A stretch of DNA of 64,000 nucleotides. It comes from Flavobacteriia bacterium (GTDB lineage: Bacteria; Bacteroidota; Bacteroidia; Flavobacteriales; Schleiferiaceae). The translations under genes and the position numbers were made by a program. This document shows, in pieces, positions 16,905-26,754 of this stretch (position 1 is its first letter; each line of letters opens with the position of its first letter). The stretch covers positions 46,123-110,122 of the forward strand of contig JAYOTP010000003.1 of NCBI GenBank assembly GCA_038150465.1. Direction: 5' to 3'. The notes under the pieces were generated by a model. It ran no database searches, was not told where the DNA came from, and worked only from the letters and a program-made list of their open reading frames with translations.

Positions 16905-19199
16905 TCAAAAGCTGAAGGTGTAACGCAGGGCGGGGATCAGGCCATTGCCGAAGGTCCTGTCTGTTCCAAGACCTCCCGTCCAGCTGTCGTAGTACACCCG
17001 CCGGGTCAACTCGTTTATTCTGTTCGTGAGATTTTGAATGTCCAGGCTGATGCGGCTGCTGGTTCGTTCCTTGTTCCACTGAAAGCTGACGCCAAAGTCG
17101 ATCCGCCAGTAATCCGGAACTTGCTTTGTGAAAGGCGGGATATAGATCTCGCGTTGAGCAGCCAGCGTAGCTGGAATGTTGATCGTTGAGTAACGCTGTC
17201 CCCCCACGCGATTGAAGCGGAGGTTGATGCCCAGCACATTGTTCTTCTCACGATCTACGGTGAATTCTTTTCCCATCAGGAAGTTGAATACATAATTCTG
17301 GTTGAAGCGGCTGTTGTACCACTCGGAATTCACGACTTTGTATTCGGATTGAAAAAGGGAGAGGGTGGTGAGCCAGTAAAAACCCTTGGTCAGGTTCTGA
17401 TTCAAAGTGAACTCAAGCCCATAATTCCTGCCGGAGCCGTCGTTGGAAAGAGAGATGTCTTCTTCTTCGAGTGTTTCGAGAACGGATAGGGTGTTCCCGA
17501 CAGAAAAGGCAGAGCCCGTATCCACAAGAAGATCGGAAAGGTGCTGATAGTACACCTCCGTCTTCAGCGCTATGGAACTGGAAAGGTTCCATTGGTGGCC
17601 CAGCACGATCTGTCCTGATCGGGTCAGTTTCAAATTGCTGTAGGGCCGTCCGGTCCGATCGTCGGTCAGGGCGTAGATGGAAAGCCGCATAGCCCGGCTG
17701 TGGAGCCCCGCCCCCAGGCTGATCTGATGTTTTTCGTTCAGATCGTAGGTGAAGGCCAGACGCGGTTCCACCATTCGGGCATTGGTGAATCCGTATAGGT
17801 GGTAGTGCAGCCCAAAGACGCTGGTCAGTCGCCGGGTCATTCGGTACTTTCCCTGGGTGTAGAGTTGGAGGACCTGGCCAGCATTCTCCATGTCGATACT
17901 GCTGTCCGCATTCACCACATTTTCGCCCAGCAGACTGGCAATGAAGCCGCTCTTGAGGGTAAAGGAACTGCTGAATTTGGTATTCAGGACCGAAGAAAGC
18001 CTGAGGGCATCGGAGCGGTCTCTGGATCGTTCGCGGTGCAGCTTGAGAATTTCGTCCCAGGCCCGATCGATATCCGTTCGTTGCCGTGTAAAGGCGAGTG
18101 TGCTCTGCACGTATGATCTTTCTCCTATGATGAGACCGTGCTTGATACCAGCCACAAGGTTGGACGAATTGATGTAGGTCTTGTATTCATTCCGGAACCA
18201 GTTGTAGCCATAGAGGCCAAAAAGACTGAAAGTGCCCATCTTCTTTGTGGGAATGTGCACTTTGAAGTTGAGGTCTTGATAGCTCGTGGTTCCACCTGCC
18301 AGACCGAGCCCCATCGATTCCAAAACGGCCAATGTGGAGTAGCGGTAGTTGATCAGGTAGGAGGCCCCTCCTTTTTTGAGAAGTGGTCCCTCTGTCATCA
18401 GGCCAAGCCCCAAAAACCCCAGGTCCAGTGTGGTTTCCCTTTTGTAGGCATTTCCAGTTCTCGTTCTCAGGTCAAATACTCCGCCGGTAGCATTTCCATA
18501 CTCTGCCGGGTAGGCTGAAGTGAAGAAGTCGGATGAGGCAAGCGCATTTGAACTGAGCATAGAGACGGCGCCATCGTTGCCCGGATAAGTGGAAAAGTGA
18601 TTGGGATCGGGAATCTCCACACCTTCCAGTCTCCAAAGGGTCGAGTTGGGTGAATTGCCCCGAACGACAATGGCATTGGAAAGTCCGCCTCCGCCACTGC
18701 TCACACCCGCAAAGTTCAATACCTGTCGGGCGGGATCCCCATACGACGCGGCGTAGCGATTGCTCTCCTCCATATTCAGTGAGCGCGCGCTGACGCTCGC
18801 CATGGAATTCACAGTACGCGCTCCCGCTCCAGCGGTGATGGTCACTTCATCGAGTTCATTCGTCGATTCCTGAAGTTCCACCTTCAGCACCACCTCTTTG
18901 CCCGAGAGAACCGGTATGTTCATGAGGATCTTTTGCTCATATCCCATTATGGAAAAGGTCAGGGATCGCTTGCCCAAGGGAACTCCACTGAGAACAAAAA
19001 GTCCGTCGGCATCGGCAATTCCGCCTATGGGCGGCGAAGTGTTCAGAACGCTGACAGCTGCGAAAGGAATGGGCCGCTGGGAGTCTGCATCTCTGATCTG
19101 CCCTCTCACGATCTGCTGTGCCCACAGAGAGATGCTGAGGAAAAAGAGTCCAAGTGTATACAGTAGATGATGGCTACGGACCCTATCCTTCTCGGTCAT
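16905..19199 (-). CDS. TonB-dependent receptor with N-terminal carboxypeptidase-regulatory-like domain
   Basis: 764 aa: signal peptide, CarboxypepD_reg-like segment (VRGQIRDADSQRPIPFAAVSV ... DGLFVLSGVPLG), plug region, long beta-barrel ending in the aromatic terminus LRYTFSF. No SusD-like partner is adjacent. Confidence 0.85.
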   Translation of the reverse strand: MTEKDRVRSHHLLYTLGLFFLSISLWAQQIVRGQIRDADSQRPIPFAAVSVLNTSPPIGGIADADGLFVLSGVPLGKRSLTFSIMGYEQKILMNIPVLSGKEVVLKVELQESTNELDEVTITAGAGARTVNSMASVSARSLNMEESNRYAASYGDPARQVLNFAGVSSGGGGLSNAIVVRGNSPNSTLWRLEGVEIPDPNHFSTYPGNDGAVSMLSSNALASSDFFTSAYPAEYGNATGGVFDLRTRTGNAYKRETTLDLGFLGLGLMTEGPLLKKGGASYLINYRYSTLAVLESMGLGLAGGTTSYQDLNFKVHIPTKKMGTFSLFGLYGYNWFRNEYKTYINSSNLVAGIKHGLIIGERSYVQSTLAFTRQRTDIDRAWDEILKLHRERSRDRSDALRLSSVLNTKFSSSFTLKSGFIASLLGENVVNADSSIDMENAGQVLQLYTQGKYRMTRRLTSVFGLHYHLYGFTNARMVEPRLAFTYDLNEKHQISLGAGLHSRAMRLSIYALTDDRTGRPYSNLKLTRSGQIVLGHQWNLSSSIALKTEVYYQHLSDLLVDTGSAFSVGNTLSVLETLEEEDISLSNDGSGRNYGLEFTLNQNLTKGFYWLTTLSLFQSEYKVVNSEWYNSRFNQNYVFNFLMGKEFTVDREKNNVLGINLRFNRVGGQRYSTINIPATLAAQREIYIPPFTKQVPDYWRIDFGVSFQWNKERTSSRISLDIQNLTNRINELTRRVYYDSWTGGLGTDRTFGNGLIPALRYTFSF

Positions 19200-19280
19200 T
19201 TGTGTGAATATATGCAGAAAGCAGCATGAGCTGAGTTAAATACCCCAGAATATATAAGCTCAACGCCATCAGAGTTTTGG

Positions 19281-20162
19281 CTAAAGGAAGGGAAGCATGG
19301 CTATGCCCGCTATCAGGATGGCTTTGTACAGATTGTGCAGCCAGTTGGCTTTTTGTGGTTTTCCCAGCCACCGTGAGAGGATGACCGCCGTCATGCTTTG
19401 AAGCAGCATACAGCACAGTAGAAAGGATCCCAGCAATGGCGACATGGGTTGGGAGTGATAATAGATGGCGAAGACAAATGCCCATCCGGAGAGATTGATC
19501 GCCATCAGATGACGTTTCAGGCCCATGCGGCCCGTGAGAACTGGGACCGTTGGATAATTGTAGATCACATCTCCCTTTAAAAAGACCACATCCTTCACCA
19601 GCGCCCGTCCCAGCTCAAGCGTGAACAAAAAGAAGGCATACGAGGCAAGTCCCCAGTGTGGGATCTTGTAGTAGATGAATACGGCGAAAAAGGGAACGAA
19701 GGTCAGCAGCGCCTTGATCACATTCGCCACCACGGGCAGTTTCTTCACCTTGTGCGAATACAGCCATAGCGACAGGGCATAGGCGGTGAAAAAGAGAACT
19801 GCACGAAAAGAAATGCCGGCCGAAATGACCAGCGCCAGCAAGTTGAACAGCAGGTACAGATTCAGTGCGGTGGGCTGACTCAACATAAGCTCAAAAGCCG
19901 TTTGCTTCGGGCGATTGACCAGGTCCTTCTCTTTGTCGTAAAAGTTGTTGATGATAAAGCCCGATGCGACGACCAAACCGGTGGAAAGGACGAGAAAGTG
20001 CAGCAGGGGGTCGGCGATGGTATTCAGAAAATGAGCCGGATCATTCAATACGAAAATGGCGGTCAGATACTGAGCTGCGATCAGCAGAACGATGTTCCAC
20101 CAGCGGACCACAGAAAACAGGGCCAGCGTTTTCAATAGAAGCAGCCGTGTGGCGCGCTTCAT
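19281..20162 (-). CDS. UbiA-superfamily prenyltransferase of unassigned specificity
   Basis: 293 aa with about 8-9 TM segments. First Asp-rich motif reads NNFYDKEKD (NDxxDxxxD with the first D replaced by N). The second region reads KDVVFLKGD. Starts 4 nt downstream of the GHMP kinase stop. Confidence 0.75.
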   Translation of the reverse strand: MKRATRLLLLKTLALFSVVRWWNIVLLIAAQYLTAIFVLNDPAHFLNTIADPLLHFLVLSTGLVVASGFIINNFYDKEKDLVNRPKQTAFELMLSQPTALNLYLLFNLLALVISAGISFRAVLFFTAYALSLWLYSHKVKKLPVVANVIKALLTFVPFFAVFIYYKIPHWGLASYAFFLFTLELGRALVKDVVFLKGDVIYNYPTVPVLTGRMGLKRHLMAINLSGWAFVFAIYYHSQPMSPLLGSFLLCCMLLQSMTAVILSRWLGKPQKANWLHNLYKAILIAGIAMLPFL

Positions 20163-20166
20163 ATGG

Positions 20167-21114
20167 TCAGAGTCGTTGGATCAGCTCCGGGCGGTGCGCA
20201 CTCAATAGCTTTTGGGCGCGTTCATAGTCTTCGGTGAAGCCCAAAACGAATCCGCCTCCTCCTGAGCCGCACAATTTCAGGTAGTAGTCGCCACTATCGA
20301 TCCCTTGTTTCCACAGATCGTGGAACTGCTTTGGGATCATGGGGTCGAAATTGTCCAAAAGAATGCCGCTGAGCTTTTTGAGGTTTTGAAAGAGGCTTTT
20401 CATTTCTCCCTTCAAAAAAGCCTGAATGCAGGCGTCATTGTAGCGGGTGAACTGATCCTTGAGCATGTTCCGAAATCCGTCTTGCTTCATCTTTTCCATG
20501 AAGATGTTCACCATGCTTTGCGTCGAACCCGGATATCCTGAGTTCAACAGGAATATGGCGCCCTTGCCCATGGTGGATTCGGGAAGGGTGACGGTCCCGA
20601 GTTCATCGGAAGATTTGATCAGCACAGGAAGTCTCAGATAGCAGATCAGCGGGTCGAGACCGGAAGATCTGCCATGGAAGTAAGACTCCATTTGCCCGAG
20701 GATCTTCTTGAGTTGTTTGATCTCCTCAGCGCCAACGGCAGAAGACCGATCGATCCGGTCGTTGGCATATCTGTCGTAGATGGCAGCGACCAATGCACCG
20801 GATGAACCCACACCAAACCCCTGAGGGATATTGGATTCGAAATACATGCCTGATGTCAGGTCGGCTGTGAGTTGTGCCGTGTCGAGCGAACAGAGGAGTT
20901 CGCCCTTGTCTTCCAGCTTGCGGAGGTGTTCGGCGTAGGCCCTGATGTGTTCGTTGCTCTCGGCCTGTTGCTCAGTGGGATGTTCGGAAGGGGTGTCGAA
21001 GGCGCCTTCGTAGTAGTGGTAGGGGATACTCAGTCCCATGGAATCCTTGATGATCCCGTACTCTCCAAAGAGCAGGATCTTGGCGTAGAAAAGGGCTTCT
21101 TCAGTAACCTTCAT
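20167..21114 (-). CDS. GHMP-family kinase, probable mevalonate kinase (phosphomevalonate kinase not excluded)
   Basis: N-terminus KILLFGEYGIIKD and GHMP motif PQGFGVGSSGALVAA. Start set at the ATG at 21114 (MKVTEE), which forms an ATGA overlap with the MVD stop. The track start at 21129 is also possible. Confidence 0.75.
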   Translation of the reverse strand: MKVTEEALFYAKILLFGEYGIIKDSMGLSIPYHYYEGAFDTPSEHPTEQQAESNEHIRAYAEHLRKLEDKGELLCSLDTAQLTADLTSGMYFESNIPQGFGVGSSGALVAAIYDRYANDRIDRSSAVGAEEIKQLKKILGQMESYFHGRSSGLDPLICYLRLPVLIKSSDELGTVTLPESTMGKGAIFLLNSGYPGSTQSMVNIFMEKMKQDGFRNMLKDQFTRYNDACIQAFLKGEMKSLFQNLKKLSGILLDNFDPMIPKQFHDLWKQGIDSGDYYLKLCGSGGGGFVLGFTEDYERAQKLLSAHRPELIQRL

Positions 21115-22130
21115 ATAGCTGAACTCCATTGGGGTCCGTTGCCCACACGGTCACAAATATACCGACCGTTGCTGAGCTTACTCAATTCATTTTCAACCCA
21201 AGGCATCACTTTTTGTTCTGAAGCGGCCGGGAAGAGCAGGTGTAGGTTGGCACCGGCATCCAATGTGAAGCAGATATGGGAATCTGTTTCTTTTCGGAAT
21301 TGACGGACGCTTTCTATGGCCGCCACCGTCCCCGGGCGCATGAGCAAATAAGGATCGGAAGCGCTCATCATCAGTGCATGCAGCGTAAGCGCCTCCAACT
21401 CCACCAATTCGATGAATCGCTGAAGATCTCCTGTGCTCAGGATGTCCATCATTTCCTCAACATGATCGAAGGCTTGCTGAATGCGCGACTTTCCAAATAC
21501 ATGTCCGTCCATCAGGGCGTGTCCAGCGGTGGAGGAAACAGACTTCACGCCTTCATCGATCAACAAAATGACGTCGTGATAATCTTCGAAAACCGGATGC
21601 AGGCGCTGGGACACATCCAGACCGCGGATGTCTGAGCTCCCTTCGATCTTCGGATGGGCGCCCCAAACAGCAGCCTTGGGGAAGAGCGACCGACAAGCGC
21701 TGCCCGATCCCAGTCGAGACCATTCAGAGGCCCTGTTCAGATCGACATGCGCACCATTTCTCAATTGTCGTATGCCCTCTTCAATGGCCAGGGAAAGGGC
21801 GCTGAATGCCGAGGCGGAACTGGCGATCCCGCTGCTGTGCGGAAAGCTGTTTTCAGATTCGATCTCAAGCTGCTGGCCGTGCAATTCAGGAGCACTGTCC
21901 ATGATGCGTTCGAAGAAAGCATCGAGTTTGGGTGTAAAGCCCTTTTGTTCCTTTCCATGGAATCGAAAACTGTATCCAAATTCTGGGGCTTCCTTCCAGT
22001 GGATGCGTGTCCGGCTCGTGGAATGGGAAAGGGTGAAGGATACAGAAGGATTGAGCGGCAGCTGGAGCCCATGCTTTCCCCAATACTTGACCAGGGCAAT
22101 ATTCGACGGGCTTTCTGCCTCGGTTCTCAT
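21111..22130 (-). CDS. diphosphomevalonate decarboxylase family protein
   Basis: 339 aa: PSNIALVKYWGK N-terminal motif, GHMP-like SSGIASSASAFSAL, FTLDAGANLHL. ATGA overlap with the fabD stop. Confidence 0.85.
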   Translation of the reverse strand: MRTEAESPSNIALVKYWGKHGLQLPLNPSVSFTLSHSTSRTRIHWKEAPEFGYSFRFHGKEQKGFTPKLDAFFERIMDSAPELHGQQLEIESENSFPHSSGIASSASAFSALSLAIEEGIRQLRNGAHVDLNRASEWSRLGSGSACRSLFPKAAVWGAHPKIEGSSDIRGLDVSQRLHPVFEDYHDVILLIDEGVKSVSSTAGHALMDGHVFGKSRIQQAFDHVEEMMDILSTGDLQRFIELVELEALTLHALMMSASDPYLLMRPGTVAAIESVRQFRKETDSHICFTLDAGANLHLLFPAASEQKVMPWVENELSKLSNGRYICDRVGNGPQWSSAI

Positions 22131-22999
22131 TCCTCGATCTGGGCCTCTGGATGAATTTTCCTGATCAATCCCTGAAGGACTTTTCCAGGTCCGAGTTCAG
22201 TGAACGAGCTCGCTCCGTCCTCCACCATTTTCTGAACGGATTGCGTCCAGCGGACTGGCGCAGTGAGTTGTTCGATCAGAAGCTTTTGAATGGTCTGCGG
22301 ATCGGTGGATGCTTCGGCGGTCACGTTCTGGTAGACCGGGCAGACCGGTGCATGGAATTCCGTTGCCTCGATCGCCGCCTTGAGCTCAGCTGCCGCTGGC
22401 TGCATAAGGGGCGAATGGAAGGCGCCGCCGACGGGCAGGATCAGGGCACGGCGTGCGCCCGCTTCTTTCAGTTTTGCAGCTGCGGCTTCAACGGCAGGAA
22501 CGCTGCCAGAAATCACAAGCTGACCGGGGCAGTTGTAATTGGCAGCGACTACGACTCCTTCTGTTTCTGCACAGATCTCTTCTACTTTTTCATCTGCCAG
22601 ACCCAGAACCGCAGCCATAGTGGAGGGTTCTGCCTCACATGCTTTTTGCATGGCTTCAGCGCGCTTGGAGACCAGGCGAAGTCCGTCGCTGAAGTTCAAA
22701 CTGCCTGCTGCAACCAGTGCGCTCAATTCACCCAATGAATGTCCAGCAGTCATGTCTGGTGTGAAGGCGTCTGCCGCGGCAACGGCGGCCATGGAGTGCA
22801 GAAAGACGGCAGGTTGGGTGACCCGTGTGGCCTTCAATTCATCAGCCGTTCCCTCGAACATGATCTTGCTGAGGGCAAACCCCAGCACTTCATCGGCTTC
22901 TTCAAAACGCGCACGGGCCTCTTTGGAGGTCTCGAACAGTTCCTTGCCCATGCCACTGAATTGGGCACCCTGACCGGGAAATACATAAGCTCTTTTCAT
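22127..22999 (-). CDS. fabD: ACP S-malonyltransferase
   Basis: Start at the internal ATG (CAT at 22997..22999), giving MKRAYVFPGQGAQFSGMG. Active-site GHSLGE and AFHSPLM. ATGA overlap with the queD stop. Confidence 0.9.
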   Translation of the reverse strand: MKRAYVFPGQGAQFSGMGKELFETSKEARARFEEADEVLGFALSKIMFEGTADELKATRVTQPAVFLHSMAAVAAADAFTPDMTAGHSLGELSALVAAGSLNFSDGLRLVSKRAEAMQKACEAEPSTMAAVLGLADEKVEEICAETEGVVVAANYNCPGQLVISGSVPAVEAAAAKLKEAGARRALILPVGGAFHSPLMQPAAAELKAAIEATEFHAPVCPVYQNVTAEASTDPQTIQKLLIEQLTAPVRWTQSVQKMVEDGASSFTELGPGKVLQGLIRKIHPEAQIEE

Positions 23000-23409
23000 T
23001 CTCCGTAGTATTCGACAAAGTTGTTTTCTGTTTCTTCCAGGCGGATGCAATGCAGCTGGGCGCCTTCTTTTGCGATCAGCGGTTGCAGAATTTTCCAGAT
23101 CTCAATGGCCAGAACCTCCGTGGAGGCCATCTTTCCCTCGAGGAAGGGCACATCCAGGTTCAGGTTACGATGGTCGAGGTGAACGATCACATGCTCGCGG
23201 ATCAAATTCCTGAGAACCTGCAGATCCATGACAAAACCGGTGTCTTTTTGGATCTCTCCTTTGACATCGACAATGAGGTTGAAATTGTGCCCATGGAAAT
23301 GCGGATTGGCACAAGGTCCGAAGACTTCAAAATTCCGCTCATCCGTCCAATCCGGATTGTACAACCGATGGGCTGCATTGAATCGCTCCCTTCGCTGAAT
23401 ATGAACCAT
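22996..23409 (-). CDS. queD: 6-carboxytetrahydropterin synthase / 6-pyruvoyl-tetrahydropterin synthase family
   Basis: 137 aa: FNAAHRLYNP ... CANPHFHGHNF ... LDHRNLN motifs of the PTPS/QueD family. Confidence 0.85.
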   Translation of the reverse strand: MVHIQRRERFNAAHRLYNPDWTDERNFEVFGPCANPHFHGHNFNLIVDVKGEIQKDTGFVMDLQVLRNLIREHVIVHLDHRNLNLDVPFLEGKMASTEVLAIEIWKILQPLIAKEGAQLHCIRLEETENNFVEYYGE

Positions 23410-23426
23410 TCAAGGCAAAATTTCGG

Positions 23427-23434
23427 CAAAGATA
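23427..23434 (-). promoter_or_regulatory. candidate -7 promoter box (TATCTTTG) for the queD-fabD-MVA array
   Basis: CAAAGATA on the + strand is TATCTTTG on the minus strand, matching TAnnTTTG, 17 nt upstream of the queD ATG. Confidence 0.45.
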
Positions 23435-23462
23435 GGCAGAAGAGTGTGTGGGGAGTAGCACC

Positions 23463-23470
23463 TATATTTG
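23463..23470 (+). promoter_or_regulatory. candidate -7 promoter box (TATATTTG) for hppA
   Basis: Matches TAnnTTTG, 38 nt upstream of the hppA ATG at 23509. Confidence 0.45.
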
Positions 23471-23508
23471 CCGCCCTTAAGAGAGACTGAATTAATCAAT
23501 ACAACACC

Positions 23509-26022
23509 ATGAATACAATGGTTTATCTGGTTCCCGTTCTGGGGATCGTCGGTTTGCTGGTCATGATCGTCAAGGCGATCTGGGTATCCAAGCAAGACTC
23601 AGGAGAAGAGAATATGAACGAGTTGGCGGGCTATATCGCCAAAGGTGCATTGGCCTTCCTGCGTGCAGAATGGCGGGTGCTGGGCATCTTTTCTGTTATC
23701 GCCGCCGCCCTTCTCGGATGGTCGGGTACTTTGGTAGAGAACAGCGATTGGGTCATCGCCATCAGTTTTTTGATCGGTGCCTTCTTCTCTGCTTTTGCCG
23801 GATGGATCGGTATGAACATCGCTACCAAAGCCAATGTGCGAACCACGCATGCGGCGCGCACCAGCCTGGCCAAGGCCCTGTCAGTTTCCTTTACCGGAGG
23901 TACAGTGATGGGATTGGGCGTTGCAGGTCTTGCAGTTCTCGGACTCAGTGTATTGTTCATTGTATTCACCGGCATGTATGGTGATGAGCAGATGGGCAAG
24001 ACCCTCGAAGTACTGGCCGGATTTTCTTTGGGCGCCGAATCCATTGCCCTTTTCGCTCGTGTGGGCGGAGGGATCTATACCAAGGCCGCCGACGTTGGGG
24101 CCGATCTCGTGGGTAAGGTCGAAGCCGGTATTCCAGAGGACGATCCACGCAATCCAGCAACCATTGCAGACAATGTAGGTGACAATGTGGGCGATGTGGC
24201 CGGTATGGGCGCAGACCTCTTTGGTTCCTATGTGGCCACCATTTTGGCTACGATGGTCCTCGGACATGAGGTCCAGTCGGTCGACAACTTTGACGGTATC
24301 GCTCCCATTTTGCTGCCCATGCTCATTGCGGGTCTGGGTCTGATCTTCTCGATCATTGGCACCTTCTTCGTGCGCATCAAGTCAGAAGACGATTCGGTAC
24401 AGAAGGCGCTCAATATGGGCAACTGGGGATCCATCATCCTCACAGCGGTCGCTTCGTATTTCGTGGTCATGTGGATGCTGCCTGAGCAGATGGTATTCGA
24501 GCGGGGCAACTTTGTCTTCACCAATATGGATGTGTTCTACGCCATCATCATCGGACTGGTCGTCGGTGCGCTGGTGAGCATCATCACAGAATACTACACC
24601 TCCATGGGACGCCGTCCAGTGAACAGCATCATCCAGCAGTCAGCCACAGGTCATGCGACCAACATCATTGGCGGTCTGTCGGTTGGAATGGAATCCACCG
24701 TTCTTCCCATTTTGGTACTTGCCAGTGGGATCTATGGTTCCTATGCAGTAGCAGGTTTGTACGGAGTCGCCATTGCGGCGGCGGGAATGATGGCCACTAC
24801 GGCCATGCAACTCGCCATCGATGCCTTCGGACCCATTGCGGACAACGCAGGCGGGATCGCCGAAATGAGCGGGCTGCCCAAGGAAGTGCGCGAGCGCACA
24901 GATAATCTGGATGCCGTAGGCAATACGACTGCAGCTACCGGAAAAGGATTTGCGATCGCCTCGGCTGCCCTTACAGCTCTGGCCCTCTTTGCCGCCTATG
25001 TAGGTCTTGCCGGTATTGACGGCATCAATATTTATAAAGCCGAAGTGCTGGCCATGCTCTTTGTGGGTGGGATGATCCCTTTCATCTTCTCTTCTCTGGC
25101 CATAGCAGCGGTAGGTCGAGCGGCCATGGACATGGTCAAGGAGGTGCGTCGACAATTCAAGGAGATCCCTGGGATCATGGAAGGAAAGGCGCAGCCAGAA
25201 TATGAGAAGTGTGTGGAGATCTCCACAGCTGCTTCCATCCGGGAGATGATCGCACCGGGTGCGATCGCCTTGATCGCCCCTGCTTTGATCGGTTTCCTGT
25301 TCGGCCCTGAGGCACTGGGTGGCCTTCTGGCAGGCATCACCGTGAGCGGTGTGCTCATGGGTATTTTCCAGAACAATGCGGGTGGCGCCTGGGACAATGC
25401 CAAAAAGAGTTTTGAGGCCGGCGTTGAGGTAGATGGAAAGATCGAGTACAAAGGATCAGAGCCCCACAAGGCCTCCGTCACTGGAGATACGGTGGGTGAC
25501 CCATTCAAGGACACCTCCGGCCCATCGATGAACATCCTGATCAAACTGACTTCGATCGTCGCGCTGATCATCGCTCCGCACATTGCAGAATCCGGCCATT
25601 CTGAGGGACATCATGAGGCCACTTCAGAAGAAACGGCAGCGGTAGAGGAGATGATGGACACCATGTTCGGGGTGGAGACCTTTCAGGCCGAGAACGCCCG
25701 CATCGATGTGCAGGGAACAAGCGGAACCATCAGCAATGTTCATGTACAGGGTATACAGATGGAGATAGGAAACGGAAAAGTCAGCTCCATGGAGATCTCC
25801 CTTGAAGATGAGCGCCTGGGCAAGGAAGCCTTTTCGGGAAAAGAAGTGCGATTGGTGGAATTCTCTGCCGAGCGCGTCTGGAGACACGGATCTGAATTCG
25901 TTGGTCATGGTCAGGCCCTTATCCAGGGAATGGAGCAGCAGGCGATGGAAGCCACTGTGCGTTTCCAGATCACTCCTGCACGTACATTGAAAGGAAGCCT
26001 GATCTGCCAGGATCTGGGCTGA
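23509..26022 (+). CDS. hppA: membrane-bound pyrophosphatase (K+-dependent type) with a 145-aa C-terminal extension
   Basis: 837 aa with canonical M-PPase motifs: [63 protein letters not shown]. The residue at the A/K determinant in GNTTAA is Ala, which correlates with K+ dependence in characterised enzymes. The last TM ends near APHI (about nt 25584); a soluble tail follows. Confidence 0.9.
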   Translation: MNTMVYLVPVLGIVGLLVMIVKAIWVSKQDSGEENMNELAGYIAKGALAFLRAEWRVLGIFSVIAAALLGWSGTLVENSDWVIAISFLIGAFFSAFAGWIGMNIATKANVRTTHAARTSLAKALSVSFTGGTVMGLGVAGLAVLGLSVLFIVFTGMYGDEQMGKTLEVLAGFSLGAESIALFARVGGGIYTKAADVGADLVGKVEAGIPEDDPRNPATIADNVGDNVGDVAGMGADLFGSYVATILATMVLGHEVQSVDNFDGIAPILLPMLIAGLGLIFSIIGTFFVRIKSEDDSVQKALNMGNWGSIILTAVASYFVVMWMLPEQMVFERGNFVFTNMDVFYAIIIGLVVGALVSIITEYYTSMGRRPVNSIIQQSATGHATNIIGGLSVGMESTVLPILVLASGIYGSYAVAGLYGVAIAAAGMMATTAMQLAIDAFGPIADNAGGIAEMSGLPKEVRERTDNLDAVGNTTAATGKGFAIASAALTALALFAAYVGLAGIDGINIYKAEVLAMLFVGGMIPFIFSSLAIAAVGRAAMDMVKEVRRQFKEIPGIMEGKAQPEYEKCVEISTAASIREMIAPGAIALIAPALIGFLFGPEALGGLLAGITVSGVLMGIFQNNAGGAWDNAKKSFEAGVEVDGKIEYKGSEPHKASVTGDTVGDPFKDTSGPSMNILIKLTSIVALIIAPHIAESGHSEGHHEATSEETAAVEEMMDTMFGVETFQAENARIDVQGTSGTISNVHVQGIQMEIGNGKVSSMEISLEDERLGKEAFSGKEVRLVEFSAERVWRHGSEFVGHGQALIQGMEQQAMEATVRFQITPARTLKGSLICQDLG

Positions 26023-26036
26023 GCACTATATCTCGA

Positions 26037-26651
26037 TCAGAATAAGCCGTTGACTTCGGCGTCGATGCGTTCGATGATCTCACCAAGATCACGCGGATTG
26101 TCGCCGAACTTATTGACGTCGGCATCGATGAAGAGGATCTTCCCCTTGCTGTAGGTGGTGATCCACGCCTCGTAACGCTCATTCAAACGGTTCAGGTAAT
26201 CCAGTCGGATCCCCGCCTCGTAAGATCTTCCCCTTTTTTGGATCTGTTCCACCAAAGTGGAAACACTGGCCCGCAGATAGATCATCAGATCGGGCGGCTG
26301 GAGAAAGGGTTCCATCAGGTTGAACAAGGACTGGTAGTTGTCATAGTCCCTTTCAGGCATCAGGCCCATTGCATGAAGATTCGGAGCGAAGATGTATGCG
26401 TCCTCATAGATCGTGCGGTCCTGTATGATGTTCTTCCCGCTCTCACGGATGTCGACCACTTGCCGGAAGCGGCTCTGAAGAAAGTAGATCTGCAGGTTGA
26501 ATGACCAACGCTGCATGGCGGTATAGAAATCGTCGAGATACGGATTGTCCGTTACGTCTTCAAAGTGTGGTTCCCACTTGTAATGCTTGGCCAATAATTC
26601 GGTCAATGTGGTCTTCCCCGACCCGATATTCCCTGCGATTGCGATGTGCAT
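26037..26651 (-). CDS. deoxynucleoside kinase
   Basis: 204 aa: P-loop IAIAGNIGSGKTTL, then FEDVTDNPYLDDFY and DRTIYED motifs of the dNK/dCK family. Confidence 0.85.
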   Translation of the reverse strand: MHIAIAGNIGSGKTTLTELLAKHYKWEPHFEDVTDNPYLDDFYTAMQRWSFNLQIYFLQSRFRQVVDIRESGKNIIQDRTIYEDAYIFAPNLHAMGLMPERDYDNYQSLFNLMEPFLQPPDLMIYLRASVSTLVEQIQKRGRSYEAGIRLDYLNRLNERYEAWITTYSKGKILFIDADVNKFGDNPRDLGEIIERIDAEVNGLF

Positions 26652-26754
26652 AAAAGAGCTTTCTGGTTCTCGAAATTCCCGACCTTATTAGATCTGAAAC
26701 AGGCAGCGGAAACATCCGCTGAGACGGATGAAATTAACTATTTAATTCAATTCG

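Noticed and set aside
26732-26747. AATTAA-CTAT-TTAATT inverted repeat next to the stop of the secreted hypothetical gene
   Set aside because: It is a short, AT-only palindrome in an AT-rich spacer. It occurs once and has no associated regulator gene, which is not enough to call an operator.
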